From positions 121,892,001-121,956,000 of the forward strand of contig NC_042998.1 in the NCBI RefSeq assembly GCF_006345805.1: a stretch of 64,000 bases of DNA. Direction: 5' to 3'. A program made the translations under genes and the position numbers. This document shows, piece after piece, positions 1 to 13,500 of this stretch. This DNA comes from Octopus sinensis. Lineage: Eukaryota. Under the pieces are notes generated by a model. It did no database searches and was not told the DNA's origin. It saw only the letters and a list, made by a program, of their open reading frames with translations. Position 1 is the stretch's first letter. Each line of letters starts with the position of its first letter.

Positions 1-269
1 TGTGACAGTCCCATGAAGGGAATAATACTACTGTTATTTAGCCCTAGGAAGCAGCAATGGTTCCTGTCAGTCTGGAGCCATGCTGCTCCAGACTGATGAT
101 GAGCAAAGACTCAGAAACTAGTCTCTGGTTGCTGGCTTAGCTGGGTGGGGGTGCTTATCTCCCCCTTGTAAACATAAGGACATAGGAAATATGTCAAGGC
201 CGACAGGATGCGTTGCTGCTTCCTAGGGCTAAATAACAGTAGTATTATATCCTTCATGGGACTGTCACA
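1..269 (+). mobile_element. Foldback element carrying a hammerhead ribozyme; probable Penelope-like pLTR/retrozyme derivative (left end may extend beyond the window)
   Basis: 1-67 is a near-perfect inverted repeat of ~203-269 (TGTGACAGTCCCATGAAGG...CCTAGGAAGCAGCAA vs TTGCTGCTTCCTAGG...CCTTCATGGGACTGTCACA). A hammerhead motif lies between the arms. Confidence 0.65.
88..128 (+). ncRNA. Minimal type I hammerhead ribozyme
   Basis: CCAGA (stem I) + CTGATGA core + TGAG-caaaga-CTCA (stem II) + GAAA + C-TA-G with palindromic ACTAGT (stem III) + GTC cleavage triplet (after 123) + TCTGG (stem I'). Confidence 0.8.
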
Positions 270-339
270 TTAAGTTGACAGTATACAACTACTTTATTGT
301 ATCACTACTGCATAAATCTCTCTGAGAGATTTAGAAATG

Positions 340-377
<38 letters not shown>

Positions 378-939
378 TTAGCCCATGCTAGCATGGAAAA
401 ACAAGTAAAAATAAATGGGCAAATACATATATACATCCCCACCTGTTTAACACACACATATATAGTCTTGTGATCCAAACCTTGAAGTTCATACTGGATA
501 AACTGCACATATAGTTTAAACAGCTGACCTCATGGCACACTTGTCACACTTATTGTCTGCCAAGTAGAATAAGATTTGAGAGTTCTGTGGACCAAACAAC
601 TGGACTCTCATCATTAAAACTTGTGGCAAGATTAAATAATGTAACTGAAATAGTTGGAATATGCACATGCTTACAACAGAGTGGTCGTTGTTAAAGGTAC
701 GCAAAAGTCAGGTTGTAATGTTAAACTGAGTAATGGATTGATGTGCTTTCATGCAGTTTCTGTCTAATTCACAATTGACCTTGAATGCTTTGGTAAAAGA
801 TGTTTGCCTCAAACATCTCGACCACTTGACTATGTCTGCACCTGTATCTTCCACTCAGTTGTATTATCTCTTCTTCTTCTTACAGCATTCACCTGGGGTG
901 GGTTGAGCTGGCTTCATTCATCCTCAATGGTCTGACATT

Positions 940-1104
940 CGGCAGGGATGTGTTCTTTTGCCAACTCTTTTCAATTATGCCATCGACTGGATCATCACAA
1001 ATGCATTAAGGGAGTTCCCCGGTATCACTGTTGGTCACAACTTTTCCATCAAGGAGCTCGACTACACAGATGACAGTTGTATTATCTCTCATGGCAAAGC
1101 TTAA
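940..1104 (+). mobile_element. Non-LTR retrotransposon reverse transcriptase fragment (RTE/L2-like)
   Basis: Translates RQGCVLLPTLFNYAIDWIITNALREFPGITVGHNFSIKELDYTDD, matching the RT QG..SP.LF and YADD motifs (YTDD here). Confidence 0.85.
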
Positions 1105-3089
1105 CATCATATAAAATATCTGCCACAATAAAATTATAAATACAAATAGTTTCCAATGTGAATTCGTTCAAGACTTCAGCTTCTTTTCTAGCACCGCCCT
1201 TTAAATCAAAGTATAAGCCTATTTGCATTCATCACAGTTTCTTAAGCTGTTCAAAGCAACAAACTTTAACTTTGTGGAGTCAAAAGGCTTTTGCCACTAA
1301 CTTCATTCTTGTTGTTAATCCATTTAACAAAATCAAATATTAACCTGTGTAACACAAACAAAAATAACATAGCTCTCCCTACCAATGCAGGCCTTAAATC
1401 AATGGCAATGATGATGATAGTGAAGTTGCCAGAAACCAGCTTCTCACTCAGCATCACAAGGAAGCTAGCTGACAAAGATATATGGTAAAAGAGAAACCAC
1501 CTCTCCTGTTCTGCAATAAAGATGTATGGTAAATCAGGAGAGCAGTAATTTACTTCAGGACAGGTTGTTTAGTAAGTGAAACCTCATGCTAAAGCAAACA
1601 AACTTTGCTGCTATCTTTGTTTCTTAAAATTATTTCAACCCTTGACTTCTCATGGTCCAAAGTTAAAGCATTAAACCTTAACTATTGGCTACAAGATTTT
1701 GATTAATGGAACAGGCTAAACAGCACAACAGGAAACAATGCTGAAAAACTTGGTATTTCTTACAGCAGCAGATTCTTGAATATACAGCTGTGTGATGGAG
1801 GTGGTGTGTGTGTGCATGTGTGTATGTGTCATATACCATATATATTATATCATATCAGATATATCTATTATATCACATATCATATCAAATATATGTATAT
1901 ATTAAATACATATTATACATACAAACATGGACATATTTATTATACATTTTATGCATCTAATAATAAGTATTTGTGTGCATATGTGTGTGTGTGTGTGTGC
2001 ATATCATATTTATATTATACATATTTTTTAGCATATATATTTAAGTTACAGATATTTATTATGCGTATGCATATGATACACACACACATATATGTGCACA
2101 CATACATGTGCATACACATGCACAAACACAAACATAACAAGCAAACAAAAACAAAACAACAAAAAAAGTTATTTATTTCTTTTGTTCATTTGTTGGGTAG
2201 ATGGTTGAATTGTGCTGAAAGTTGCTAGGTTACATAAGAGAAGATTTGGCTGGCAAGAGTTTGAAAATAATGGTGCAAGGTATTGCTGGAAATAAACATA
2301 AAAAAAAAGAAAAGAAAAAGACTAAAGAATCAAAGCTATTGTTTGGCAAAAAAAAAAAAAAAAAAAATTCATAGCACATACATCACTCAGTGTGCAACCA
2401 AATTATTTTATAACAGATGACCATTGTGGATATCACCACAAAGTTCTTCATAAGCAGCCCTTTTTCTTCTTTTCTTCATAATAATATTAATAACAATATC
2501 AATAATCATAATAATAATAATAACAACAACAATACTAACAGCAACAACAACAACAATAATAACATAATAATATCTATGTTTGTATTCTTATTTGCCATAC
2601 TGAATTGTGTGTATAAACCTTCTTTTTCTTATTATTTCCACTGACAAAATGCCAAACCAAAAAGTAAATATATATACATATGAAAAAATAATATTTGTAT
2701 CTTAAAGCAGTTACAAGAACCATATTTTCTAAAAGAGTTAAAAAAAAAAAGATTATTTGCACTAATATTCCAAAACACCATCTTCCTTCACTTATGATAT
2801 GAGCTGTAGATAGATAGAAAGATAGATAGATAGATAGACAGATAATAGATAGACAGGTGGATATAAAGAGAAAATGAGACATGATGCACGCAACTGGTGA
2901 ACAGTTTGCAGATGCTGTGAAAAGCATTAGTAAATGTATAGATTCCACTCTTTGTAATGAACTGGTAGCATTGATATTTGACTAACAAGATGGTGCAGAC
3001 CAGAACAAGGTGGGTACTTCATACTATTGAAAGACTGCTAGGTCACATATTCTTCTCAGTTAAAATCCTACCTGACTTCATATTGCATC

Positions 3090-4202
3090 TTTTGGTACAC
3101 AGAACAATAGACAAAATGCCTTGCAGTATTTGTTCTGGGTCTTTATGTGCTGAGTTCAAATCTCACTGGGGTCAGCTTTGCTTGTGAAGGTTGATAAAAT
3201 AAGTAGCAGTCAAGTGTTGGGGTTACTATAATTTACTGTTCCCTCTTTTATAGGCCTTGTGCTTACAGAATAAATTATTTTCATCATTACAGTGAATGAT
3301 AGAATTAGTTGTTGTTTAACCAAAGTTCAGTCCTTATTAAGCAAATACATGACCAAAGGCAGCGCTGTGATGAGCGTGCTGTATTTTATTCACAAACAAT
3401 GTAACGAGGACTACAATATCAAATATGTTCTTTATTTTAAAGATGGTAGTATGTGATGTGATATAAAAGGCAGGGAAATAGATGAGTCATTAGAGCATCT
3501 GATAGATTACTTTGTAGTATTTGTTCCCACTCTCTGTGCTCAGAGTTCAAATTCCACAGTGGTAAACTTTGTCTTGTATACTTTTGGGGTTGATAAAGAA
3601 AGTACCAGCACACTACCTGAGGATTTGTAGAATTTTTAGAGCAAGAGATGAGATATCTTGCAGTATCAGTTCTGGCTCTTAGCATTCTGAATTTAAATTC
3701 TGTCTTCTTTATCGGCCTCAAAATGGGGCTTTTAAGACCTAGCCAATAGTGATAGGCCTTGAATGTCAGACAGGGTAACATTAATTGAAGCAACATCTCA
3801 GTGGTATTTATATACTTGATGGAACCTTTACTGAAGTGGGATAAAAAATAGGACAAAAAACAAACATAAAAAAGTATATGGCATGACAGATTTAGCATTT
3901 ATTTCCTTTCATGCTCTCAGTTCAAATCTTAACAGGATTGAATTTGCTATTCATATCTCTTGGGTTGATAAGATAATACCAGTAATGTAATGGAGTTAAT
4001 TTGACTTTATACTGATCTCATAAGATGTAGCCTTATGCCAATGCTTAAATATGCCTTTCATCTTTTGAGGGTTAATAAAATAAGTATCAGTCAAGTACTG
4101 AAGGACTGATCTAATCAACTATACTGTCCCTCAAAATTTGTGACTTTGTGTTCACATTAGAAATCATCATCATCATAATTGTTGTTACAATTATTGTTGT
4201 TG

Positions 4203-4246
<44 letters not shown>

Positions 4247-4800
4247 AAGGTGGCAGATTTCATAATATGCAGAGAACCAGGTAAAATATCTTGTAGCACT
4301 TATATCTTTTCGTATCATGTCAAGCCATAATCAACTCTACCTTTCATCCCTCAGTTTGTCAATAAAATAAGAGTAATATATATATATATATGGGAGATAA
4401 TTTGATCAATTGTAGACCTCTACCATAATACGTGGCCTTGTGTCAATATTATGGAGTGGTAGAATTGATTCAATTGACCTTATTCCTTTCCCAAAAAACC
4501 TTTGGTTTTGTGCGAGTTTAAGAAATCAATATTAGCTCATATTATTCTTCAAAATAAGCTCATATTACCCTTCATTATTATCCAATATTACAATTTTATT
4601 AGCCCCCATTAATCTTCCTTATTGCACTATATCATTCTGTGATATTAGTCTATATTAAACGAACTGTAAATTGTCAGAAATGGTATAGCGCTAAACTAAA
4701 TGTTTTGCAATATTTGGTTTTTGTGTTTAGATTCTGAGCTCAAATCCTACTACAGTTAAGTGGTGATTTGATTAGCCCAGGGCTAGCTAAATTGGCGTAA
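3090..4800 (+). mobile_element. Cluster of about six degenerate tRNA-derived SINE copies (family A), same orientation
   Basis: Repeated GAGTTCAAAT(T/C)C B-box followed by a ...GGGGTTGATAAAATAAGTACCAG-like central domain at ~3090, 3480, 3880, 4045, 4280 and 4680. The central domain resembles the Meta/MESC-type SINE domain (from recall). Confidence 0.75.
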
Positions 4801-4966
4801 TCCCTTACTCGCAAAAATGGTTTGTGCCTAATCAAAAGAAATCAATATTAGTTTATAATACTGTTCAATATTTTTTTATATATCATTGTTTAATATTAGC
4901 CAAGTTTTCCATTCAGTATCAGTCTGAATCAAACCATATGCACATATACAAATACACACACACACA

Positions 4967-4997
<31 letters not shown>

Positions 4998-5539
4998 CAG
5001 GCACACATATTTTCTATGATGTTTTTCCTATTTTGGCATCTCACTTGAAACAATTGTAATTACTACAAAAATTTCTATGCCACCGAATCCACTGTTATTA
5101 AAATGGAATCAAGAGAGAAAAATCAAACAAATAAACATGTTTTTTTCTGTTTTAATGTAATACTTTACAGCATCAATATTGAATGCTTTGATAAAGGCCA
5201 CTACAATAAAACATTCAGAGATTGGATGATATGATGTTTAGGTTGATACACCAAAATAGCAGCAATGATAATTGCTTCTCTAGACTTAAACCTTCTGTTG
5301 CTATAAAAAAAAAAAAAAATTCTTTGATAAAATACAAGAAATTTTAACTACGAGTTATACAATACACTTTTTCATAAAATCGGTGAACTGAATTTCTTCC
5401 TAGTGTCTATTTACAGCTAAACTTGTACCCCTGGGATAGCTTAGAGGAGAGTATGACCAACCAATAAAGTGGGTATGATGCGTAAAAGCATTCCTCAAAA
5501 GGCATAAGATTTATTGATACCTCTTTGAAAATTTCTGTT

Positions 5540-5830
5540 GCCATGCTGGGGTGGGCATTGCTTTAAATTTTAGTCAAATGAATCAACCCCAGTACTTTTT
5601 TTTAAAGCCTAGTACTTGTTCTGTTGGTCTCTTTTGCTAAACCACTAAACATATGAACTTTCGTTGTCAAGTAGAGGTGGGGGGACAAGTACAAAGACAC
5701 ACACACAACAAGCTTCTTTCAGTTTCTGTCAACCAAATCCACTCACAATGCTTTGGTTGACCCAAGGCTTTAGAACTGAACTTGGAACCATGTGATTGGG
5801 AAGCAAACATTTTACCATACAATCACACCT
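5540..5830 (-). mobile_element. tRNA-derived SINE (family D)
   Basis: Minus-strand head GGTAAAATGTTTGCTTCCCAATCACATGGTTCCAAGTTCAG, followed by the GAGTGGATTTGGTTGACAGAAACTGAAAGAAGC body also seen at ~25400. Confidence 0.65.
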
Positions 5831-7794
5831 TCACTTCTATTCTTTATATACTTTATATATTCTTTGGGATAGTTTTATAAATTAAAGAATACTTTAGAGG
5901 AGTTATAGACCCAAGGCTGGGTTGGTGGACTAGAACAGTTTTGAAATCATTCACCCTAGGAGGACTGCACACTAATTAAAAATTTCATTTTGCAAATTTA
6001 CATATCTCCATAGTATCTGTTAACATCTTTATGAACAGGTCTGTTTAAAGTTGTGTTTGTTTATCACCTGTTAACAGCTTTGCAGTGCAAGCTAATGATA
6101 CACTTGTCAATTATACAATTCATCACTATTGTATCTATTTACAACATAGACAGACTACATCATTGAAAATTAAATCATTTCTTTTTCTTTTCCTGGGGTC
6201 ACAGTTCTGATAATGGCTTAACTATCTTTGACCCTTCAACTAGTAGCAGCAGCCTGGTATTCTGCTAAATTAGTCGACTGCGACTGACTCTCACCACATA
6301 TTCAGTAAGACTGAAAGTGAATAGCATTCTCCAAAAACAAGAGAAATTGTAAAATATGTTGAAAGAATACTAAGAAGGGAAAAAAATTAAAGAAATGAAA
6401 TAATAATCATTAAGTCAAAGGTGTTTATTTAAAGCCATGTTTTTTAAAACTCTCTGCTCAATCTGTAATGTTTTTGTCATTTATTGACATCTTCTGATTC
6501 ACATAATTCTTGCAATGTTATTTTCCTTTTGTATAAACCACACTTAGTACATTTGTGAGTGTAAATAAGCTGCCAAACACTGAATTGATGCTTAAATGGA
6601 GGCAAGAATAACAAGAATACTGAAATGAAAGACATGTTTGAATGCAAAGAAATTCTAAGGGGGAAGAAAATATTAACATGAATGAGAGTAAAAAAAGAAA
6701 GGAAAATATAACAGCAAAATTAAAGAGATTTATTTTAAAAAATGAACAGCATTTAAACAGCTTGAGCTCACAATGTTTTCCAGATATGAATAGACTTTGA
6801 GAATAGTAAATATACACTGGGTTCATTTTTGGATTTCTAAAGAGTTAAGGATTTGAAGCAAAGCAATGCAAACATGTTATTGAAAAGCATCAGAGTCAAG
6901 AGAACACCCCATCTGTTTGGGCTCTTTCTAATGGCAAACTAATGGTTTGAAAAGATCTTAATAATAGGAAAGACAAGCCAGCATGACCTTAGGTGTATTG
7001 ATTTTCATCTCCACCCTCTACCATCATTACATAACTTTCTATTCATTATCATCTACAACAGCACTGGTAGCCTTATCTACAATAGTACTGGAAATTATTC
7101 ACCTACTAAATATGCTGGGTACAAGGCCATATTATTTTGCAAAATCTCTCTCTCCACACACGCACAAGTGTGTGTGTGTGTAGATTATTTGAAGTGGTTC
7201 CAGAAAAAAAAACCTTTCTTTCTTTCCTGTCCTGTCTTCTGGTCTCTCTCTTTCTTTCTCCTTTTTCTCCCTCTAACCAGTCCTCCAGAAATTCACAACA
7301 CACACACATGCTTGCAAAACACATGGATGCACATACACACATACATACACACACGTGTGTGCACATATATATAGATAACAGCAGAACATTCTCTTCCCCA
7401 GTCAACTCCAGATTTTTCAACACACACACACACACACAAGGCATAAATTTTCTGTAAAAAAATAAGTTCTAATGATTCTCCAAAACAAGATGAAAGTGCT
7501 AAATTAATAATTATCCCAAATTCTGACTTCCCCCTTTATCTGAATACACATATATATTTGTCATTGAGTTGGAGCGTTGCATGAGTTTGGTATTGTTTTA
7601 CAAGCCGGATTCTTTGCTATCACTGACCATGTTACAGCACAGAATGGTTGCATTTCTTCATGCCACTAGCACCTGAGAGTTTGTCAGCCAAGACTAAAAT
7701 GCCTCCTCCATACTGTCAGGTTTCATTCAGTGGTTGCTTTCCTAGATGGGTAGCCTTTGCTCTGACTTGCAGAGTCCGTGTCTTTCCTGTGCAA

Positions 7795-8105
7795 AGAAGA
7801 ATCAGTTGTAGTGTGCAAGAGAGATATCTATGCTTGTAAGGATATATAATGCGTATAGCTGATGGTATGGTAGGGTGGAGGTGGAATGAAGAAGTACCAG
7901 AGATTTGTGTGGGAAGAACCAATGGAAGAGGAAGACAAAGGAAGACACGAGCATTAGTGGTGATGACTGATCTGAAGATGTTTAATTTCTCAAAGATGAT
8001 GACAAAGGAAAGCAACAAGTAGAGAGAGGCTGTATTGGAGAAGATCTCTCAAACCCAAACAAGCATAGTAAAATGGATATAAAAGTGATGGTGATGATGA
8101 TGATA
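7795..8105 (+). mobile_element. RTE-type LINE 3' end (ORF C-terminus plus (GAT)n tail), degenerate
   Basis: One frame reads RRISCSVQERYLCL*GYIMR...GRGRQRKTRALVVMTDLKMFNFSKMMTK...EAVLEK (RTE consensus RRLRWYGHV.R and RGRPRKTW), then a degenerate AGCATGGAAAA...TTAAA(GAT)n-type tail. Confidence 0.75.
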
Positions 8106-8145
8106 ATATATATATCATATATCTTAATTATGAATATTTTATATA

Positions 8146-9025
8146 CAGGCATACCTTACCCTACATCATTAATTGGTTCTAGGAGACATGACTTAAGTTG
8201 AGAAATGACTGAAGTTGAATTAACTTGTCTCTAGGCTAGGCTAGGCTAGGCTAATCTGAATTTACTTGTCTCTAGGCTAAACTGATAATAACCATTCTCA
8301 GTTCTGTACTTGCCTCTCTTCTTATTGATGACAGTGTTCTTCATCCCTGGGGCTTCAGATTTGATATGTGTTAAAATCTTGTCCTTATTATGTACAATCA
8401 TCGATACAGTTGTCCAATTCATACCAAAAGATTGTGTAATTGCTATCACTTTTTCACCTTTTCCATGGCGTTTTACCATACCCAGATTATCTTCCAGCAT
8501 TATAGCATGACGCTTAGCACTTTCACTATGAATTTTCTTAGGAGCCATGGGGGGCAAAAAATGAAGTCACAAATGCATGAGAATGAGAAAGTAGCTGATA
8601 AATGGATGTAAACAAATCTGAATTCAAAACAATTGTGGGAATCATGAGTGACAATGATGCCTAATGGTAGATATTGGAACTACATGCAATATGAGCTCCA
8701 AAAGACCGATAAATAAGACAACACAGCTGATTTCATGATTCCGTTCACTAAGCTACACTACTTTATGATGTGTATCTTAACATTTACTGTACATATTTCA
8801 ATATGATTTTATATGCATTTGTTCTTATTTATTGTACAGTAACATGATTTTATGTGCTTTTAATGGTTTTCTAGTGATTTTACAATTTCAATATTTGTGG
8901 TAGACAGATGTAAAGTCAAATAAAATGACTTCATTTGATTTTTATTTTACCATATATTATTTTTGGAAACTGATGTATAATTGAGAATGACTTAAATCGA
9001 AACGACTTAAGCCAAGGTATACCTG
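8146..9025 (-). mobile_element. Internally deleted Tigger/pogo DNA transposon (880 bp)
   Basis: TIRs CAGGCATACCTT (8146) and AAGGTATACCTG (ends 9025), with TA on both flanks, and a transposase N-terminal ORF inside. Confidence 0.9.
8246..8557 (-). pseudogene. Truncated Tigger transposase: N-terminal CENP-B/psq helix-turn-helix only
   Basis: MAPKKIHSESAKRHAIMLEDNLGMVKRHGKGEKVIAITQSFGMNWTTVSMIVHNKDKIL matches the Tigger KR..ITLE.K..II.R...G......IA...G...STV..I.KNK..I pattern. No DDE domain. Confidence 0.85.
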
Positions 9026-9032
9026 TATTTAT

Positions 9033-9245
9033 CATCATTATCATTTAATGTCTTTTTTCCATACTGGCATGGGTTGGACAGTTTGACAGGATACAGCAAA
9101 TTACAGGACTTCATTGAGGTTGAATGTCAGCTTTGGCATACTTTCTACAGTTGGATGCCCTTCTTAATGTCAACCGTTTTGCAATGAGTACTGAGTGCTT
9201 TTTTTTCTTGTGCTGCTGGCATTAGTCAGGTCATCAAGTATCTTA
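9033..9245 (-). mobile_element. RTE-type 3' tail repeat (family B)
   Basis: Reverse complement of GAAGGGCATCCAACTGTAGAAA...AACCCATGCCAGTATGGAAA...TTAAATGAT; same family as 21097, 31250 and 56007. Confidence 0.75.
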
Positions 9246-9306
9246 CAAGGGACTGAACCCAGAATCATGTGTTTGGGAAGCAAGCTTCTTATCACACAGC
9301 CACTCC

Positions 9307-9364
<58 letters not shown>

Positions 9365-9408
9365 CCGTGCTAGCATGGAAAATGGACGTTAAACGATGAT
9401 GATGACGA

Positions 9409-9452
<44 letters not shown>

Positions 9453-10359
9453 CAGAAAGTTTGACTATTTTGAAGTTTTGCTGAAAGTGGCCTGAAAAAA
9501 TATATTATTTGACAAGCTGCTTTCAGCAAAACTTTCAAGTTATAGTCACATCATTTTCTGCTTAATAAATATTAAATTTCCAGATTTTCTATTAACTCAC
9601 TTTTTTTTTTCCAGTTAATGTTTCTGGTGTCTTAAACCTTAAGAACACACACACACATGAATATATTTATATTAATATGAATGAATATATATATATATAT
9701 GTATATACATATTTGTGTGTATGTATATATATATATATATATACACACAAATTCAAATATTTGTTGCTCACGTTTTAATTAGAAACTTTTAAATTGGAAA
9801 ATTAAACTTGCTTACATTAATGTTTTATTGTTGATTTTGTAATTTAATCATCTATACGTGTGTGGTTGTATGTGTATTTCTGTTGAAGAAATGAAATAAG
9901 ATTAAGAGAATTAATTTAGATTATTTGGTTCTTAAAAGTTTGGGTGAAAAATGCAATGGTGCCAAATTGGTAGTGGAACATACTGACACAAAACTATTTG
10001 GTTCGCAGAATTTTTAGCTGTCAACAGTGGAAATTGTTTAAAATTTAATGGATTGGATGGTGGTAGCAACTAAGGAAAAGAAAAGAAATGTGAAATGAAA
10101 GGTAGAGTAATTTAAGAAATACATTTTCAAGAGTGTAATGGTGGTTGTAGTGGTGTGTGTGTGAGTGGGGCGGGGGCTGTTTTCATATTTTTAATACCTG
10201 AAGAAATGAAATTATAGACTATATGATAATGAAATATTGGGATAGAAACTAATGGCAGTGACAACAATGGTTACTGCTACCACTATTACAATTGTACCTA
10301 CCACTACCATTGGCAATAGCTTTGTTGGCACTACAGCCACGAAATGCTCTTAAGCAGTT

Positions 10360-11100
10360 ACTTGACCTGCTAGAGATAGCAACCAAATCTCTAAGTCACA
10401 ATCTATCATCTTTGGAAAGAGGGAAGGACACATTGAACAAAATAGTCTCTGATATACGAAACGTAGGGATTGTAAAGGCCAGAATATTTTTAACCGTTTG
10501 CCTGCTTATTGCTCATTCAGAACTGATATAAGGCTAAACATCAAAAACAGCCATAATGCTATAATGTCAATGAAAGAGTCTCTATATGGCTACTGAAATC
10601 TGTCAGAAATAGCAGACAAATCTCACTAAAGTCACACTCTACAGACCACCTGCCATTGGTCAAGGTTGTCCATGTATCTACACTTAATAATAACCTCTCT
10701 AGGACACAAACCGAGGCAAAATTTACTTTTTTAATGGAAATCCAAAATTTGCTTGTGTAACAAATCTCTCCTCTCCAAGATACCAATATGGCAAGGATTG
10801 ATACTACTTGGTACCAGTGTTCTTGCAGGCAATCTCAGAACATAGAAGGGCTAGAACAAATATTGCAAGACATTTTTTTTCAACACTCAAAAAATTCTGC
10901 TAATCCTCATCCTGGATCAATACTTTATTTATTCTTTGATTCTACAAAGAAGAAAAGCAAAGATGACCTCAGTGGTATCTGAACTCCAAATGTAAAGGGT
11001 GAGAACAAATACTGCAAGACATTTTGTATAGCAATCTCACAAGTTTGCTAAAAATCACCACCTTTATCACAGCCTACAATCTTAAAATAAAAAAGAATAC
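10360..11100. repeat. Several degenerate copies of a dispersed repeat (family C)
   Basis: The motif TAGCA(A/G)CCAAATCTC...AATCACAC...TCTTAAAA recurs here and at ~44735-44880, ~55890-55960 (reverse) and ~58035. Confidence 0.5.
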
Positions 11101-12531
11101 TTTGTATAATGAAGACTTGTATACATTTTGTCTATAAAAAGATGGGATGGCTACAGCTAGAGACTGCCTTTCATCTGATGTCTGGTGGATCAAAGCTAAT
11201 GCTGAGAGGGGAAGTAGGAGAAAGCAGATCATCATTATCTACTACTACTACTACTACTACTACTACTGGTGGTGGTGCTGCTGCAGCAAGTACCTAACAA
11301 CATTTGGAATCACTATGGTTCATGGGTATTAGTTTATCTTGCAAGAAAACTGACACCATCACTACCGACCATTGCTGCTGCCTCCATCAACAACATCATT
11401 CTATCAATGAGAATTCCAATAACAAATGGCATCACTAAGAGTAGGAAATGCCATCAGATAAATATAACAATAAAAGGGAGAAGAACAACAAAAACAATAA
11501 CTCAATCATGGTAATGGCACAAATAATGAAAACAACAACAACTGAAAAAATACCAACAAACATTAAAAACAGCAACAACAAAAATAACTACAACTGCACC
11601 AATGACAATGATAATGGCAGCAAGAAAAACACCAACAGACAACAATATAATCAACAATAATAACAATTATAATAACAACTGAATTTCCTTTCAAAAGAAA
11701 TTTAAATTTTAAAAAATGTTTTAAAATATTTTATTTATCATTATCATTTTTAAAAAAATCTATTTTGTAGCTTAGCTGCCAAGCATGGAAATGGCATAAA
11801 CCGGTAGCAGCAATATCCTTTTTCGATCCCCTACCCCAGACTCAACTCAAACAAAGTCAAACAGAAACACTGAACTAGGATGCAGTACAAAGATGATGAA
11901 TTTTCCTGATTTCCCAATTTTGATCTTTATTTACATAAAACTGAAACTTCAAAACAAAACCACCATCCCCACACCTTTGACTATCCACCATCTTCCAATT
12001 TGATGAAATAATGATTTGTGGTTTATTTTCTTTCATTTAAAATAAAATGGAAGAAAAAAATCATGTTCTTTTTGGAACACTAAATATTTATACAATATAT
12101 TGATTCCTCGGGAAAAGGCAATTACTATGGAGAAAACAATCTCTACAAGAACCATATCTAAAATAACCAAAATGTTTATTTCATGCTGTGATAGCACCAT
12201 GGCCCAATGGAGTTATACAAGAGAGATGGATACATAAACATAAACGTGATCATCATCATTATTGCTTAATGTCCTGCTCCATGCTGGCAAAAGTTGGATA
12301 GTTTGACAAAATTTGATGGGCTCAAGGACTGCGTTACACTCCATTGTCTGCTTTGGGATTAATGCAGAATATGAATGGAATGGACAATATAAGAACGAAG
12401 GATAAACATCAAGTGAAATATTTCTGGGTAGTGAGAAAGATTAGGGATAGTGGGGGGAAAAATTGCAGTTAGAGGGATAATGTGTAATGGGAGCATCCTG
12501 AAGAGAAAACTGGGAAAGGAGTCCAGTTCTG

Positions 12532-12593
<62 letters not shown>

Positions 12594-13500
12594 CACACAC
12601 ACAAAAAATACCTGTAAAGTGGTTGGTGTTGGGAAGGGCATCCAGTTGAAAAAAACCATATCAAAGCATATAGAAGAGTTTGGTGTAGTCCTCTGACTTG
12701 CCAGCTCCTGTCAAACTGTTCAACCCATGCCAGCATGGAAAATGGACATTAAATGATGATGATTCTATCTGATGCTCTAATGACTGTCATGTCACCTATG
12801 TTCTCTTGAAACAAAATGTTGAAATAATCTTCTAATACATGAAATCAAATCTAAAAATACAAAAAACAAAAAAAAACAAAACAATAATGTTCAGATTTGA
12901 GATATCTCTTGGAGTGCAACAGTGCACTGCAGCATACCAGTTGAAAACCACTGAGAATCACCAATCACGAAGCCTGCAAATCGCATACCATTATTTTAGA
13001 AAAAAGGAAAGACAAACACTAAATAATTTAGCCCAAGATATCTAGATGAGATGGTTATGGCTGGAATGTCTTCTGTTATATGTCTGCTTGATCAGGGTTG
13101 AATGGGAGTTAAACAACAACATTGAATGAGCAAAGGAGTCTTTTCAAGGTAACATGATTTGCTACAAAAAGCAGAAAAAATATATCTGAAATCACATTCT
13201 GTTATCTTTTTAAAGGAAAGAACACATTAGACCATGCTGTCCTAGATAAACTAACAAAAAGCAAAAACACAAAAATCATGATGGTCCCGGCTGGAATGCC
13301 TATGATAATAGGTCTGCTGCTTGATCAAGATGGACCCGAGGCTAACATTGTCTGACTGGTTACAACTGGCTGCCTCCTTGTCCAATGATTGCCCAAGTAT
13401 AAAATGATAGTAGTAACCTAACAATAACAACAAAGGCAGCAGCAGCACTATCACAATAATAACAATAATAATAATAATAATAATAGTAATAATAATGATA

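Noticed and set aside
4249-4279. 31-nt plus-strand micro-exon (VADFIICREP)
   Set aside because: The acceptor is an (ATT)n tract and the donor is the start of a SINE fragment; chance is equally likely.
7560-7790. Minus-strand terminal exon after ...ttcttctttgcacag|
   Set aside because: The acceptor lies at the edge of an antisense RTE fragment, the frames stop quickly, and a faint GIY-YIG-like WSVIAK match was too weak to call.
10448-10470. CTGATATACGAAACGTAGGG as a hammerhead
   Set aside because: The core is incomplete, there is no stem II, and it lies within a family C repeat whose other copies lack the motif.
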